Of a DNA stretch of 64,000 nucleotides, positions 51,321 through 61,196 are shown one piece after another. Positions within the stretch are counted from its first letter, which is position 1. Each line of letters starts with the position of its first letter. The DNA comes from Gammaproteobacteria bacterium. Lineage in GTDB: Bacteria; Pseudomonadota; Gammaproteobacteria; UBA4575. The translations under genes and the position numbers were made by a program. Location: positions 244,470 to 308,469 of the forward strand of contig OY730298.1 of the NCBI GenBank assembly GCA_963422595.1. Reading direction: 5' to 3'. Under the pieces are notes generated by a model, which saw only the letters and a program-made list of their open reading frames with translations, ran no database searches and was not told the origin of the DNA.

Positions 51321-51479
51321 CATGGACGTTCAGGATAATGTGTAATTACATAGATTCAAACATGGATGTACAGGAATGTGTATTAAGAGATTCAAATATG
51401 GATTTACAGGATAGTACGTAATATTATTGTTCAGGACAGGCACGGAGCCTGTCCCTACAAGATCAACAGGTAAAATAAA
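51321..51479. repeat. three tandem ~40-bp copies of the catggatgtacagga module, then a hairpin module, filling the purC/purE divergent promoter
   Basis: Units at 51321-51360, 51361-51396 and 51397-51436. They are followed by GGACAGGC-acggag-CCTGTCC (51434-51456) and CAACAGGTAAA just before the purE ATG. These are homologous to copy A at 50231-50303. Confidence 0.75.
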
Positions 51480-51968
51480 ATGGTTGACCCACAAGTGAGC
51501 CTGATTATGGGTAGTGATAGTGATTGGTCAGTAATGCAGGCGGCAGCAGAGATTCTGCATCAATTTGATGTGTTGTACGAGAGGCGCGTGGTATCCGCAC
51601 ATCGCACACCTGATGCTATGGCGGAGTTTTCGCATTCCGCCAGGGGGCGCGGTATTCGCTGTATTATCGCGGGTGCAGGGGGTGCCGCGCACTTGCCGGG
51701 TATGGTGGCCGCCATGACGACCGTGCCGGTGCTGGGGGTGCCGGTTCCAGGTGAGCACTTGTGCGGACAGGATTCGCTGTATTCGATTGTGCAGATGCCA
51801 AAAGGCGTGCCGGTGGCGACGTTTGCCATTGGCGTGGCTGGTGCTGCCAATGCGGGGTTGTTCGCGATTGCGACGTTGGCGATAAACGATGTGGAATTAA
51901 AGCGAAAACTGGATGAATTCCGAACTTTGCAAACCTCAAAAGCACTGAGCACTCAGCTTCCGGACTAG
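51480..51968 (+). CDS. purE: N5-carboxyaminoimidazole ribonucleotide mutase
   Basis: 162 aa: IMGSDSDW, AGGAAHLPGMVAA.T..PV.GVP. Confidence 0.95.
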   Translation: MVDPQVSLIMGSDSDWSVMQAAAEILHQFDVLYERRVVSAHRTPDAMAEFSHSARGRGIRCIIAGAGGAAHLPGMVAAMTTVPVLGVPVPGEHLCGQDSLYSIVQMPKGVPVATFAIGVAGAANAGLFAIATLAINDVELKRKLDEFRTLQTSKALSTQLPD

Positions 51969-52013
51969 CTGGCATATCATCACTGGCGATCACGTGCGGT
52001 ATGTGGGTTTTAT

Positions 52014-53147
52014 ATGATCTTGCCGGGCGCTACGCTGGGTATATTGGGTGGTGGTCAGCTGGGTCGCATGTTTGTGCATGCCGCTACCGCGATGGGTTAT
52101 CGTGTGGTGGTGTTGGACCCAAATGCTTCCAGCCCCGCAGGAGAAATCGCACATCTGCATTTGCAGGCCGGTTATGATGACGCGCACGCACTAAAGACGA
52201 TGGCGCAGCAGTGCGCAGTGGTTACTGTTGAGTTTGAAAACGTCCCCGCAAAAGTATTGTATCAACTTGAAAAAAGTTGTCGTGTACGCCCAAATGCTCA
52301 TGCAGTGGAGCTGGCGCAGAATAGAGTAAAAGAAAAACAATTTGCGCTATCTTCAGGTATCACGCCACCGCCTTTTTATGGCGTGACAACTGAACAGGAC
52401 GTGCACCGGGCTTTTCGTATTATCCACCCACCATTAATCCTGAAGACTATCAGTTTTGGCTATGACGGCAAGGGTCAGGCCGTTGTACACACACCCGAGC
52501 AAGGCATTGAAAGTTGGAAGAAATTGCATAACGTGGCATGTATCCTTGAACAAAAAATTGATTTAGCCGCTGAAATATCTGTGGTGCTTGCGCGTTCCTC
52601 CAGTGAGGAGGTGAGTATTTTCCCGGTTGCTGAAAATGTGCATAGAGACGGGATTTTGTATACCAGCACGGTGCCGGCGGGCGTGGATGATAAACTTCAG
52701 GAATTGGCAAGGTGCTGTACCCGTAAAATCGCCAGTAATCTGGATTATTGCGGGGTGCTGGCAGTTGAATATTTTACTGATAAAAACGGCAATCTGTTTT
52801 TTAATGAGATGGCTCCACGTACTCATAATAGTGGGCATTATACTATCAATGCGTGTTATACCTCACAATTTGAGCAGCAGGTTCGAGCTATCTGCGATTT
52901 GCCATTGGGTAACCCGCATGCACATAGCGCCGTTGCTATGGTGAATTTATTGGGTGATCTTTGGGATTCTGAAGATCCAGATTGGTCGAAAATTATGCAA
53001 GATGATAATGTTGCGCTGCATTTGTACGGTAAAAAAGACGCGCGCCCGGGCAGGAAAATGGGTCACTTTTGTCTGCTCGCACCGCCTGGTGAAAATCCTC
53101 AAGCCAGAGCTAAACAGCTGTTTGCACGTCTGTTCGCCAGCAGTTAA
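52014..53147 (+). CDS. purK: N5-carboxyaminoimidazole ribonucleotide synthase
   Basis: ATP-grasp PurK (ILGGGQLGRM, collinear throughout). Confidence 0.95.
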   Translation: MILPGATLGILGGGQLGRMFVHAATAMGYRVVVLDPNASSPAGEIAHLHLQAGYDDAHALKTMAQQCAVVTVEFENVPAKVLYQLEKSCRVRPNAHAVELAQNRVKEKQFALSSGITPPPFYGVTTEQDVHRAFRIIHPPLILKTISFGYDGKGQAVVHTPEQGIESWKKLHNVACILEQKIDLAAEISVVLARSSSEEVSIFPVAENVHRDGILYTSTVPAGVDDKLQELARCCTRKIASNLDYCGVLAVEYFTDKNGNLFFNEMAPRTHNSGHYTINACYTSQFEQQVRAICDLPLGNPHAHSAVAMVNLLGDLWDSEDPDWSKIMQDDNVALHLYGKKDARPGRKMGHFCLLAPPGENPQARAKQLFARLFASS

Positions 53148-53162
53148 ACCGGTTATTATTGT

Positions 53163-54110
53163 ATGGAGAAGTTTTCAGCATTTCGCATTTATGCGGATGA
53201 AACAGGTACTCGTTCTGGTATTGAACGACTTGGCCTGCATCAGTTATCAGCCGGCGACGTTGTTGTGCGAGTGCACTATTCAGGCGTTAATTACAAAGAT
53301 GCGCTGGCAGGCACTGGCAAAGCTAAAATACTTAGACGCCCATCATTAATTGGCGGCATTGATCTTGCCGGTGAAGTTGTCCAGTCATCAAGTGCTGAAT
53401 TTTCCCGTGGGGATGAAGTAGTTGTTAATGGTAGCGGGTTAAGTGAGGTTCATGATGGCGGATACGCTGAATTCGCGCGCGTACCCGCAGATTGGGTGGT
53501 GCCGCTGCCATCTGCTTTGAGCTTAAAGCAGGCTATGATTATCGGTACGGCAGGATTTACTGCGGCCTTGAGTATCCACGTAATGCAGCAGAATAATCAA
53601 AAGGCCGAGGACGGGCCCATTGTTGTCACCGGTGCCAGCGGTGGAGTAGGCAGTTTTGCGATCGATCTTTTGCATAAAACTGGTTACGAGGTGATCGCGG
53701 TGACGGGTAGCACAGATGTGCACGATTATTTATATGGCCTGGGGGCTACCAGCATTGTGGGACGGGATAATATAAATGTCGGTGACGGTGTACTGGAGAA
53801 AACCCGTTGGGCCGGGGCGATTGATAACGTGGGAGGGAAAATGCTGGGTAACCTGGTACGCACCACCCGGGCATGGGGGAATGTGGTGAGTGTCGGTATT
53901 GTCGGCGGCACTGATTTTGAGCTGTCCACTATGCCATTTGTTATTCGGGGTGTGAACCTGTTAGGGGTAAGTTCAGCTAATTGCCCACAGCATTTGCGTA
54001 AAAAAATCTGGCGACGGCTGGGCGACGATTTGCGTCCTGAACATTTTGCTGAAATTCATGCCCAAACGTCAGGATTGGAAGATTTGCCCGATGTATTTGA
54101 AAACTTTTAG
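53163..54110 (+). CDS. MDR-superfamily NADPH-dependent oxidoreductase (YhdH/AcuI-like quinone oxidoreductase)
   Basis: 315 aa with N-terminal GroES-like and Rossmann (GASGGVGS) domains. The typical zinc ligands are absent. Similar to the YhdH / acrylyl-CoA reductase AcuI group. Confidence 0.75.
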   Translation: MEKFSAFRIYADETGTRSGIERLGLHQLSAGDVVVRVHYSGVNYKDALAGTGKAKILRRPSLIGGIDLAGEVVQSSSAEFSRGDEVVVNGSGLSEVHDGGYAEFARVPADWVVPLPSALSLKQAMIIGTAGFTAALSIHVMQQNNQKAEDGPIVVTGASGGVGSFAIDLLHKTGYEVIAVTGSTDVHDYLYGLGATSIVGRDNINVGDGVLEKTRWAGAIDNVGGKMLGNLVRTTRAWGNVVSVGIVGGTDFELSTMPFVIRGVNLLGVSSANCPQHLRKKIWRRLGDDLRPEHFAEIHAQTSGLEDLPDVFENF

Positions 54111-54324
54111 GTAATAAAATACACGGCAGAGTGATTGTAAAAGTCATGCGCGAATAATGTTTTCCTGACTGGTAACCGCCAGTTTGCGGAACGCAGGGCT
54201 TAGCGCGAGTCTCGGAATTATGCCCAAGTGTCATCAGGTGAGCCTGACCTTGACGGCACACTATGCGGCAGCCTGTATCACATGGCTAAATTGTAGAGAC
54301 GTGCGCGGAATATGCAGCTTTATA

Positions 54325-54354
54325 TTGAGTACCAGTGGGTGAATCAGGTACAAT
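54325..54354 (+). promoter_or_regulatory. candidate sigma-70 promoter for the cytochrome c gene
   Basis: TTGAGT - 18 bp - TACAAT, about 65 bp upstream of the start codon. Confidence 0.4.
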
Positions 54355-54417
54355 GTTGTTGTTTTTGAGAGGCGGCCCGGGTCTTTATCAGGTTTTAAGT
54401 TTTAACAGGAGCGTGTA

Positions 54418-54729
54418 ATGAAGGGCATAGGAGTAGCGTTCGGCGCGCTGTGCCTGCTGTTGTTCACGGTAGTGAGTTATGCAGGCGACGTGGAGGCAGG
54501 AAAGGCCAGGTCGGTAATCTGTGCCGCGTGTCATGGGGGAACAGGCATTAGTCCCGTTGGTATGTTTCCGAATTTGGCCGGGCAGAAGGAAGCATATCTG
54601 GTTGCGCAAATCACCGCGTTCAGAGACGGGATCAGAAAAAGCGTGCAAATGTCGCCTATGGTGTCAGGGTTGTCGGACAAAGATATTGCTGATTTGGCAG
54701 CCTATTACGCTTCGCTGAGTTGTAATTAA
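54418..54729 (+). CDS. monohaem class I c-type cytochrome
   Basis: Signal peptide, a single CAACHG haem-binding motif, and a downstream Met ligand region (MSPM). Confidence 0.8.
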   Translation: MKGIGVAFGALCLLLFTVVSYAGDVEAGKARSVICAACHGGTGISPVGMFPNLAGQKEAYLVAQITAFRDGIRKSVQMSPMVSGLSDKDIADLAAYYASLSCN

Positions 54730-54839
54730 TTCTGAAAGAAACCGCCTGAACTGTTATGCCCTGATTGTCAACCACAGCGGTGTTTCGGGAGGTTTCGCAG
54801 TAGCAAAGGAACGTGCCTGCGATTACGAATGATTAAACC

Positions 54840-55505
54840 ATGCTAACGGATTGGATAGCCCCCTCGATATTGTCAGCGGATTTCGCGCGTTTGGGTGAGG
54901 AGGTAAATGCGGTGCTGGAAGCGGGCGCGGATGTCATTCACTTTGACGTGATGGATAATCATTACGTTCCCAATTTAACGTTTGGCCCGATGATTTGCAG
55001 GGCACTGCGAAGTTATGGAATACAGGCAGCAGTGGACGTGCACTTGATGGTAAAACCGGTCGATCGATTAATTGCCGATTTTGCGGCGGCCGGTGCAAGT
55101 TATATTACTTTTCATCCCGAAGCATCAGAGCATATTGATCGTAGCTTGCAATTAATCCATGATCGGGGATGTAAGGCAGGCTTGGCATTTAATCCCGCGA
55201 CGCCTCTGGAACCATTGCAATATGTGATGGATAAGGTTGATATGGTGTTACTTATGTCAGTGAATCCGGGATTTGGTGGACAAAAATTTATTCCGACGGT
55301 GTTAAGTAAGATTAAGGCGGCGAGAAAGTTAATCGATCAATCTGCATTGCCAATACGCCTGGAAGTTGATGGTGGTATTAAGGTTGATAATATCGCGGCA
55401 GTAAAATCAGCCGGCGCCAATACCTTTGTAACTGGTTCGGCAGTTTTTAACGCCCGGAATTACGCGGATGTAATCGCAGAAATGCGTGAGCAGTTGGCAA
55501 GTTAG
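54840..55505 (+). CDS. rpe: ribulose-phosphate 3-epimerase
   Basis: [41 protein letters not shown]. Confidence 0.95.
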   Translation: MLTDWIAPSILSADFARLGEEVNAVLEAGADVIHFDVMDNHYVPNLTFGPMICRALRSYGIQAAVDVHLMVKPVDRLIADFAAAGASYITFHPEASEHIDRSLQLIHDRGCKAGLAFNPATPLEPLQYVMDKVDMVLLMSVNPGFGGQKFIPTVLSKIKAARKLIDQSALPIRLEVDGGIKVDNIAAVKSAGANTFVTGSAVFNARNYADVIAEMREQLAS

Positions 55506-55621
55506 GAATAACGGTCGTTGTCCCATACAAGGCGGGAGGTTGCCAATTTTTCCTGCTAAAATATCATCCCCGTTGATTTGCGCGTTTTTTCTTTCCCTTA
55601 ACAATATTATGAAGATGCCCC

Positions 55622-57088
55622 GTGGACCCCGTCGATTTTGATGCGCTGAAATCCCAGGGCTATACCTGTATACCTTTGATTCGGGAGGTGTTGGCAGATC
55701 TGGATACCCCGCTGAGCGTTTATCTGAAACTGGCGCACCAACCTTATACTTTTCTGTTTGAGTCGGTGCAGGGGGGCGAGAGATGGGGACGCTATTCTTT
55801 TATTGGTCTGTCTTGTGCCGAGCGTATAAAAGTATTTGGCAATAAGGTTGTGCATGAGCTGAATGACGATGCAATAAATATAACTGAAACCAAAGACCCG
55901 CTGGCGTGGATACAGCAGTTTTTACTTCAGTTTCAGGTGCCTGATATTCCGGAATTGCCACGTTTTACCGGCGGAGTAGTCGGTTATTTCGGTTATGAAA
56001 CGGCACGATATATCGAACCACGCCTTGCTGGAAACTCAAAACCGGACGTCTTGCAAACGCCTGATATTTTTCTGATGGTGTCAAGGGAGTTGGTGGTGTT
56101 TGATAATCTGAGTGGCAGGATTTTTTTAATTGCGCACGTTGATCCTGATGATGCACAGGCTTTGCAAAAAGGCGAGCGGCGTTTAGATAAATTCGCGCGT
56201 CTTTTACAACAACCCATACCGGATTTAGGTGCCAGCAAGCAACAAAATGCAACGGTAAATTTTGTTGCCGGGTTTTCAGAAAGGTCTTTTAAGCAAGCAG
56301 TGGAACACGCCCGTGAGTATATTCATAATGGCGATGTGATGCAGGTGGTTTTGTCACAACGGCAACATGCGGATTTTGCCTGTCCACCAATCAATTTGTA
56401 CCGAAGTTTGCGTAGCCTTAACCCTTCACCATATATGTATTATATGAATTTAGAGAGTTTTTACGTGGTTGGTTCGTCCCCGGAAATTCTGGTGCGTCTT
56501 GAAGATGGAGAAATTACGGTGAGGCCGATTGCGGGCACCCGGCCAAGAGGGGAAAACTTTATTCATGATGTTGCCTTGGAAAAAGAGTTATTAGCAGATC
56601 CTAAGGAGTTGGCTGAGCACCTGATGTTAATCGATCTTGGCCGCAATGACGTGGGTCGGGTGGCAAAAACCGGTTCTGTGGCACTTACGGATAAAATGAT
56701 TGTTGAACGTTATTCTCATGTGATGCACATCGTCTCCAACGTCACTGGTCGGTTAGGCGGTAAACTTGATGCCATCGACGTTTTAAGGGCTACTTTTCCG
56801 GCTGGCACTGTAAGTGGCGCGCCTAAAATCCGCGCCATGCAGATTATTGATGAGTTTGAGCCGGTTAAACGCGGCATCTATTCGGGTGCTATAGGTTATA
56901 TTTCCTGGGATGGGAATATGGACACTGCTATCGCAATTCGTACCGCGGTAATTAAGGATGAGAAGTTGTATATTCAGGCGGGTGCCGGAATTGTGTTTGA
57001 TTCTGTGCCTGAGAATGAGTGGCTGGAGACTATGAATAAGGCAGATGCCATGATTAAATCAGCAGAAAAAGCCGCAACTATGCTGTAA
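55622..57088 (+). CDS. trpE: anthranilate synthase component I
   Basis: 488 aa with the chorismate-binding domain (LESF.VVGSSPE, GAIGY). A GTG start at 55622 is implied by the ORF track. Confidence 0.95.
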   Translation: MDPVDFDALKSQGYTCIPLIREVLADLDTPLSVYLKLAHQPYTFLFESVQGGERWGRYSFIGLSCAERIKVFGNKVVHELNDDAINITETKDPLAWIQQFLLQFQVPDIPELPRFTGGVVGYFGYETARYIEPRLAGNSKPDVLQTPDIFLMVSRELVVFDNLSGRIFLIAHVDPDDAQALQKGERRLDKFARLLQQPIPDLGASKQQNATVNFVAGFSERSFKQAVEHAREYIHNGDVMQVVLSQRQHADFACPPINLYRSLRSLNPSPYMYYMNLESFYVVGSSPEILVRLEDGEITVRPIAGTRPRGENFIHDVALEKELLADPKELAEHLMLIDLGRNDVGRVAKTGSVALTDKMIVERYSHVMHIVSNVTGRLGGKLDAIDVLRATFPAGTVSGAPKIRAMQIIDEFEPVKRGIYSGAIGYISWDGNMDTAIAIRTAVIKDEKLYIQAGAGIVFDSVPENEWLETMNKADAMIKSAEKAATML

Positions 57089-57224
57089 CGCTGCGCGAGG
57101 ATATGAATTGCATTAAAATCGATGCGGCAACCACAAACGGCAGAAAACGCACTTTAATGTGCGGCAACGTTGGCGTGAAGCTTTTAATTTGGATTCGCCC
57201 GGGCAGAATGTGTAGAGCACGGAT

Positions 57225-57809
57225 ATGATATTGATGATCGACAATTATGACTCGTTCACTTATAACCTGGTGCAGTACTTGGGCGAACTGGGTGAAGAGG
57301 TAAAAGTGGTGCGCAATGATAAAATCAGTATCGGTGAAATCAGGGTGTTGCAACCGGATCACGTGGTAATTTCTCCCGGTCCCTGCACACCCAATGAAGC
57401 CGGCATTTCACTGCAAGTTGTTGCTGAATTAGGTGGAGAAATACCAATTTTAGGGGTTTGTCTTGGACATCAAAGTATCGGTCAGGCTTATGGCGGCAAA
57501 ATTGTGAAGGCGCGCGCGGTTATGCACGGTAAGACTTCAATGGTGCATCATGACAATACAGACGTTTTTGAGAAGTGTGATAATCCCTTTACCGCAACCC
57601 GTTATCATTCGTTAGTAATCGATAAGGAAAGTGTTCCGAAATGTTTGGAAATTACTGCCTGGACGCAATCGAATACAGGCGAGTTTGATGAAATTATGGG
57701 CGTCAGGCATAAGCAGTTTGCCGTGGCCGGTGTGCAGTTTCATCCTGAATCGATACTCACTGACTTTGGACATCATTTGCTAGGTAACTTTATTCGTCAA
57801 CATAGCTAG
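57225..57809 (+). CDS. trpG: anthranilate synthase component II (glutamine amidotransferase)
   Basis: [26 protein letters not shown] triad region. Confidence 0.92.
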   Translation: MILMIDNYDSFTYNLVQYLGELGEEVKVVRNDKISIGEIRVLQPDHVVISPGPCTPNEAGISLQVVAELGGEIPILGVCLGHQSIGQAYGGKIVKARAVMHGKTSMVHHDNTDVFEKCDNPFTATRYHSLVIDKESVPKCLEITAWTQSNTGEFDEIMGVRHKQFAVAGVQFHPESILTDFGHHLLGNFIRQHS

Positions 57810-57827
57810 GCAGTACTACACAGGACT

Positions 57828-58847
57828 TTGAATATTCAGCAGGCAATTCAGGTTGTTGTCGAAGGTGATGACCTGACAACGGAGCAGATGACTGCAGTGA
57901 TGCGCGCAGTGATGACAGGCGTGGCTACCTCTGCACAAATCGCTGGTTTGTTGGTAGCCCTGCGTATGAAAGGTGAAACGGTCGCCGAGCTTGGTGCTGC
58001 CGCCTCGGTAATGCGTGAGCTGTCTGCAAAAGTCAGCGTGTCCACAGAAGGTCTTGTGGATACTTGCGGCACCGGCGGGGACGCGAAACATACGTTTAAT
58101 ATTTCCACCGCGGCGGCATTTGTGGTGGCGGCAGCCGGTGCCAGAGTGGCAAAACATGGTAACCGCTCTGTATCCGGCAACAGCGGCAGTGCCGATTTGT
58201 TAGAGGCCGCCGGCGTGAATTTGCGCCTGACACCAGACCAGGTGGCAGGCTGTATAGAAGAGTTGGGAGTTGGGTTTTTGTTTGCCCCCCTGCATCATGG
58301 CGCCATGCAGCATGCCATTGAACCTCGTAAGCAGCTTGGGGTTCGTACTATGTTTAATTTATTGGGGCCATTGACGAACCCGGCCGGCACTCCTTATCAG
58401 CTTGTTGGTGTATTCAATGCGGATTGGTTGGAACCGCTGGTAAAAGTCCTGCGATCATTGGGCAGTCAACGTGTTTTAGTCGTGCATGCACAAGATGGGT
58501 TGGATGAGGTCAGTATTGCCAGTGACACTGAAATTGCGGAATTGAAAGATAACGAGATTAGCCGTTATCAAATCTCTCCACAACAATTTGGCATTGCCCA
58601 AGGCAGGCTTGATGACATCGTGGTGCAAAACGCAGTGCAGAGTTTGCAGTTGGTGAACCATGTCTTCAGTAACAAACCGGGTGCTGGTTTGGATATAGTA
58701 AAACTGAATGCGGGCGCCGCGCTATATGCAGGCTGTTGGGCATCATCCTTAGCTGCGGGAATTGCCATGGCCGCTGAGGCGATTGCCAGTGGCAAAGCCA
58801 AAAAGAAGTTTCAACAGTACATCGAATTTACCAACAGTATGAATTAA
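57828..58847 (+). CDS. trpD: anthranilate phosphoribosyltransferase
   Basis: GTGGDAKHTFNIST, NRSVSGNSGSAD. Confidence 0.95.
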   Translation: MNIQQAIQVVVEGDDLTTEQMTAVMRAVMTGVATSAQIAGLLVALRMKGETVAELGAAASVMRELSAKVSVSTEGLVDTCGTGGDAKHTFNISTAAAFVVAAAGARVAKHGNRSVSGNSGSADLLEAAGVNLRLTPDQVAGCIEELGVGFLFAPLHHGAMQHAIEPRKQLGVRTMFNLLGPLTNPAGTPYQLVGVFNADWLEPLVKVLRSLGSQRVLVVHAQDGLDEVSIASDTEIAELKDNEISRYQISPQQFGIAQGRLDDIVVQNAVQSLQLVNHVFSNKPGAGLDIVKLNAGAALYAGCWASSLAAGIAMAAEAIASGKAKKKFQQYIEFTNSMN

Positions 58848-58850
58848 ATT

Positions 58851-59648
58851 GTGACGGATCAACCGGAAATCCTTGCACAAATTCTCGACCACAAGAAGCA
58901 TGAGCTTGTCGAGCGCAAACAACGTATATCTTTGGAGAAAATGCAGGAGTGGGCCAATGATGCACCCCACCCAAGAGGATTTGAATCGGCATTACGCAAT
59001 GCGCGGCTGGCTAAACGTCCCGGCGTGATCGCCGAGATCAAACGCGCCTCTCCCAGTAAGGGGATTTTAAGAGAAAATTTTGACCCCATGCAGATCGCGG
59101 CCAGCTATCAGATGAACGGGGCAACCTGTGTTTCCGTGGTAACGGATAACGAATTCTTTAAGGGTTCCTGCGCCATTCTGGAGTTAGCGCGCAAAACCTG
59201 CTTTGCCCCGATGTTACGCAAGGATTTCATTATTGACCCTTATCAGGTCTATGAGACGCGCGCTGTGGATGCCGACTGTTTGCTATTAATCGTAGCGGCG
59301 TTAGCTGATGATCAAATGACAGAACTTTATCAGCTTGCTAAAGAAATGCGCCTGGACGTGCTGATAGAAGTACATAATGAACAGGAGCTACATCGCGCGC
59401 TTACGCTAAAGCCGACGTTGCTGGGCATCAATAATCGTGATTTGCGCACTTTTGCAACGACTTTGGATACAACGTTAAATATATTACCTAAGGTTCCGGA
59501 TACTTGTCACGTGGTAACGGAAAGTGGCATACATAGCAGAGATGACGTCGCCATGATGATGGAAAACGGCGTGAATTCCTTTCTTGTAGGCGAAGCGTTT
59601 ATGCTGGCCGAAGAGCCCGGTGCTAAATTAAAAGAGTTGTTTTTCTGA
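58851..59648 (+). CDS. trpC: indole-3-glycerol phosphate synthase
   Basis: ILAQI...K..E, IAEIKRASPSKG, INNRDL motifs. 265 aa. Confidence 0.95.
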   Translation: MTDQPEILAQILDHKKHELVERKQRISLEKMQEWANDAPHPRGFESALRNARLAKRPGVIAEIKRASPSKGILRENFDPMQIAASYQMNGATCVSVVTDNEFFKGSCAILELARKTCFAPMLRKDFIIDPYQVYETRAVDADCLLLIVAALADDQMTELYQLAKEMRLDVLIEVHNEQELHRALTLKPTLLGINNRDLRTFATTLDTTLNILPKVPDTCHVVTESGIHSRDDVAMMMENGVNSFLVGEAFMLAEEPGAKLKELFF

Positions 59649-59773
59649 ATGTGTTAAACCAGCACTTTTCAGCATCACGATGCTCCTACCAACGGCTTCG
59701 GCCACGCCAGTACCGGCAGTTCAGAAGCCGTTATGCATAGGTGGTCAATCATAATCAGGGATGCGTAAAAAGC

Positions 59774-60196
59774 TTATTGAACTGAACATGTAACTCTGGT
59801 TTTTCTGGTGGCAGCAACGTTTAGCAAATGTCCGATAGCGTGGATAATGCCACCAATGATAGCAAGCCAGACTTCTGCGGAATGAGACAGAATGTGTCGG
59901 TCAATCAGGTCTTCAGCAAAAATAGCGTTGAATACTAAAATAAACAAGCCGGTTGCAGCAATTAATATGGGTACATATTTTTTATGACAACGCCGCCCGG
60001 CGATTAGCGCAACAATGCTTACCGGTAAAATGAATAATAAAATAAATTGGTGAAACCAGAATTCATGTAGTGTACTACCATGATATATAGTGGTTGCTAA
60101 GAGGGGTATCAGGCCTGCGACCAGTGGTAACGCCACGCAGTGAAGCGCGCAAATACTGGATAAGGCGATCGCAAAACGGTCAAAAAAAAGTTGCAT
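59774..60196 (-). CDS. MerC-like small metal-transporter-family membrane protein
   Basis: 140 aa with four predicted TM helices and Cys/His clusters in TM1 and the C-terminus (SSICALHC, HAIGHLL). Lies 15 bp downstream of zur. Confidence 0.55.
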   Translation of the reverse strand: MQLFFDRFAIALSSICALHCVALPLVAGLIPLLATTIYHGSTLHEFWFHQFILLFILPVSIVALIAGRRCHKKYVPILIAATGLFILVFNAIFAEDLIDRHILSHSAEVWLAIIGGIIHAIGHLLNVAATRKTRVTCSVQ

Positions 60197-60211
60197 ACAT
60201 TTCTCCTGTTA

Positions 60212-60703
60212 TTACGCGCACTGTGCGCAGGTCCCATGAATCTCAACGTTGATGAATTCGGGGATAAAGTCTTTTCTGTTGCTGGCGTCGACGATTGCCT
60301 TGTCAAGTTTTGGTGCGATTAATTCTTCAACCTCATTGCATTCATCGCAAATAAAAAACTTACTGTCGAAATCTTTATGCTCGATATTACAACCAACGTA
60401 GGCGTTTAAGCTTTCAATTCGATGCACCAGATTATTTTCACGCAGGAAGTCCAGGGCCCGATAAACGGTCGGGGGTTTTTCATTAAAATCATGCGTGCTC
60501 AACTGCGCTAAAATGTCGTAGGCCTTAACCGGTTTATGACTTTTCCAGACCATTTTTAGTACATTCTTGCGTATTGGCGTAAGCCTGCTGTGGTGTTTTG
60601 AGCATAACAACTCAGCGCGCTTTAGCGCGTCATTTACACACCTGGCATGGCGGTGTTTCTTCCACACGTTGCGTTGAATCCCTGATCTAAGTATCTTTAT
60701 CAA
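60212..60703 (-). CDS. zur: zinc uptake regulator Zur (Fur family)
   Basis: Collinear with E. coli Zur (RLTPIRKNVLKMV..., PPTVYRALDFL, FICDEC, HGTCAQCA). The real start is probably the internal GTG around 60667; the ORF-track TTG start at 60703 abuts the Zur box. Confidence 0.85.
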   Translation of the reverse strand: MIKILRSGIQRNVWKKHRHARCVNDALKRAELLCSKHHSRLTPIRKNVLKMVWKSHKPVKAYDILAQLSTHDFNEKPPTVYRALDFLRENNLVHRIESLNAYVGCNIEHKDFDSKFFICDECNEVEELIAPKLDKAIVDASNRKDFIPEFINVEIHGTCAQCA

Positions 60704-60704
60704 G

Positions 60705-60725
60705 TAATGTTATATTATAACATAT
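60705..60725. promoter_or_regulatory. Zur box (perfect 17-bp palindrome ATGTTATA-T-TATAACAT)
   Basis: TAATGTTATATTATAACATAT matches the gammaproteobacterial Zur operator consensus (rnTGTTATAwTATAACAny). It lies about 40 bp upstream of the probable zur start. Confidence 0.75.
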
Positions 60726-60914
60726 ACTGCCTGAATACACCATTAGAGATAGTCGTTCACAAAGTTTCCCTGAACCAAACTGGTCAGTGTCAATCAGGTC
60801 AGGCGTTGCGTGGTGCCAATAACTTATCGCGTCAGGAGTTAGCTCTGTGTTGGCTTTTTATGCTCGAAATGCAGGTGCTTTCAGGTAACATACGCCCAAG
60901 TAAGGAATGGAAAG

Positions 60915-61196
60915 TCAATAATGGGAGGGAAGAAAAAGTATTTGCAAAATGAAATGACCTGTTTCATGTGCGACCGTAAAGCGTTGTCGCACGTTAGGAT
61001 CATCGCCCCTGATATAGATTTCGTAGCCGCTTTTATCTCCTTGCTTATGGTCACACTTGATCATGCCAGAAATATCATTCGGCCAACCAAGCACATTGTA
61101 TACTTCCAATCCTGGCGCCACTGTTATCGGAATAACTTTGACGGGAGTTTCTTTTTGATGCTTCTCAATAATGTTCATTTGTTCACGTAGCAACAT
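60915..61196 (-). pseudogene. truncated ImmA/IrrE-family metallopeptidase remnant
   Basis: 93-aa ORF with an HEXXH motif (AHETGHFIL) near its C-terminus. It stops about 12 residues after the motif, and no continuation is found in any frame. The family assignment rests on the motif context. It lies in an AT-rich, gene-poor segment. Confidence 0.5.

Noticed and set aside
55506-55621. Possible trp attenuator or leader peptide upstream of trpE (mini-ORF MKMPRGPRRF at 55609, weak hairpin and T-run at about 55580).
   Set aside because: The peptide has no Trp codons, and the stem is too weak to support. Many non-enteric gammaproteobacteria regulate trpE by TrpI/TrpR rather than attenuation.
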